DNA of 26,942 nucleotides from a virus (taxonomy: Duplodnaviria > Caudoviricetes): positions 1 to 26,942 of the IMG/VR virus record IMGVR_UViG_3300037044_000090, one strand, 5' to 3'. Shown one piece after another: positions 25,933 to 26,942 of the stretch (positions are counted from its first letter, which is position 1; every line of letters starts with the position of its first letter). The position numbers and the translations under genes were made by a program. The notes beneath the pieces are model-generated. The model saw nothing but the letters and a program-made list of their open reading frames with translations, had not been told where the DNA came from and did no database searches.

Positions 25933-26889
25933 ATGCATCTTGAACCATATTGCAATATTACGATTAACCAGTTGCTGTTTCGCAACGTTAATAAGGTTGT
26001 CATTGACAGATCGGTCAAAGAAACAGGCTCATCCGCCATGATTGTTTTACCGCGAAATTTCGCAAAGCTCAATGATCGATCTATTATTGATTTGATAAAG
26101 CATGGCGACAAAGCCGAGATAATATGTGGATATACAGGAACTGGGGAGGTTGACTTATTTAGTGGCTACGTTCGTAAAATAGAACGGTCGATACCATTGA
26201 TCATTCATTTAGATGATGAGTTGTATCCACTCAAGCGAAACAATCATGTGCAAATTTGGGTAAATTCCAAACTAAGGACAATCCTGACGACAGTCGCTCC
26301 TGGTTACAAGATTACTTGTCCTGATGTATTGATTGGTAAAATTGAAGCAAACAATGAAAGCTCCTTCCAGATGCTCCGGAAGCTTCAGAACAATTACGGT
26401 TTTTTTACCAGCATACGCGATGGTCAGCTCAATTGTGACTTTCCTTTTGATTTTAAAGGATCGTTAAATGTACATCAATACCAACTTTATAATTGGCCTG
26501 TTAAATCGCATAACCTCACCTACTCATCCAAGGAAGAAAAGAAAGTGCTTGTAAAAGCAACTTCACTGCAATCGACAACCGGAAAGAAAATAAGCTATGA
26601 TGCAGGCGATAAATCCCCTGGGGCAACAGTGATAGTTCTTAACCTTCCGGGGATGAGTGCCGAAGATTTGAAAAGATATGCCGAAAGCTGGTATAGCACA
26701 CTCTGTTATGATGGTTTCAAAGGCACAATAACAGGCTTTGGAACATCCGTAACAATGCCTGGTGACACGCTCCAGATCAACGATCCGCAGGAAGGAACAT
26801 CAGGAGCCTACATGATCGAATCAGTCAAAACGATTTATGATCTGAAAGCAGGATACTACAGGGAAAACAGGATAAGCTTTAAAGTATGA
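25933..26889 (+). CDS. Baseplate hub (Mu gp44 / P2 gpD-like)
   Basis: A.I.LP, GD...I..GY.....LF.GYV, YDGF.G.ITGFG......GD, G.Y.I.SV. Confidence 0.8.
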   Translation: MHLEPYCNITINQLLFRNVNKVVIDRSVKETGSSAMIVLPRNFAKLNDRSIIDLIKHGDKAEIICGYTGTGEVDLFSGYVRKIERSIPLIIHLDDELYPLKRNNHVQIWVNSKLRTILTTVAPGYKITCPDVLIGKIEANNESSFQMLRKLQNNYGFFTSIRDGQLNCDFPFDFKGSLNVHQYQLYNWPVKSHNLTYSSKEEKKVLVKATSLQSTTGKKISYDAGDKSPGATVIVLNLPGMSAEDLKRYAESWYSTLCYDGFKGTITGFGTSVTMPGDTLQINDPQEGTSGAYMIESVKTIYDLKAGYYRENRISFKV

Positions 26890-26942
26890 GTTTAGAACGA
26901 GTTATAGAAGAAGCTATCCGGAAGGTCTCGCGAGATAAGTGC
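26886..26942 (+). CDS. Start of next baseplate gene (truncated by window)
   Basis: ATGA overlap with hub stop; open to window end. Confidence 0.55.
   Translation, partial: MSLERVIEEAIRKVSRDKC

Larger units (their letters stand above)
1..26942. mobile_element. Mu-like transposable prophage/phage with contractile tail (internal segment; ends outside window)
   Basis: Repressor/Cro, DDE transposase + MuB ATPase, GemA-like, gp36, DUF935-like portal, MuF, gpG, sheath/tube/baseplate genes in phage-like synteny. Confidence 0.95.

Noticed and set aside
1-26942. DGR, retron, invertase or phage ends
   Set aside because: No reverse transcriptase, recombinase, TR/VR pair or terminal transposase-binding repeats were recognised here.

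Overview
The whole window is an internal segment of a Mu-like transposable (pro)phage with a contractile tail. The host is probably a Bacteroidota species, judged from TTTG-N19/20-TAnnTTTG promoters and mostly absent Shine-Dalgarno sites. Gene order: short CI-like repressor and divergent Cro/Ner; a Spo11/TopoVI-A-like Toprim gene; DDE transposase (MuA), MuB ATPase, a second ATPase and small early genes; an accessory zone (lipoprotein, RNA-leader-controlled ORF6N antirepressor operon, DinD-like moron); a minus-strand packaging operon (TerS, TerL, gp36, portal, MuF, tape measure, gpG, tail completion); and a plus-strand structural operon (Clp protease/scaffold, capsid, sheath, tube, chaperone, baseplate). 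Neither phage end nor lysis genes are visible. Strongest unannotated signals: (1) a self-promoted ~60-nt hairpin RNA ending in a tRNA-Cys(GCA) anticodon arm, convergent with a MuF gene that carries a probable BECR-type RNase tip and has no protein immunity gene (candidate tRNA-mimic RNA antitoxin); (2) a candidate -1 frameshift fusing portal to that MuF-toxin; (3) a C4/CI-like antisense RNA switch ahead of the antirepressor. All family calls come from motif recognition and synteny by eye; no searches or folding programs were run.
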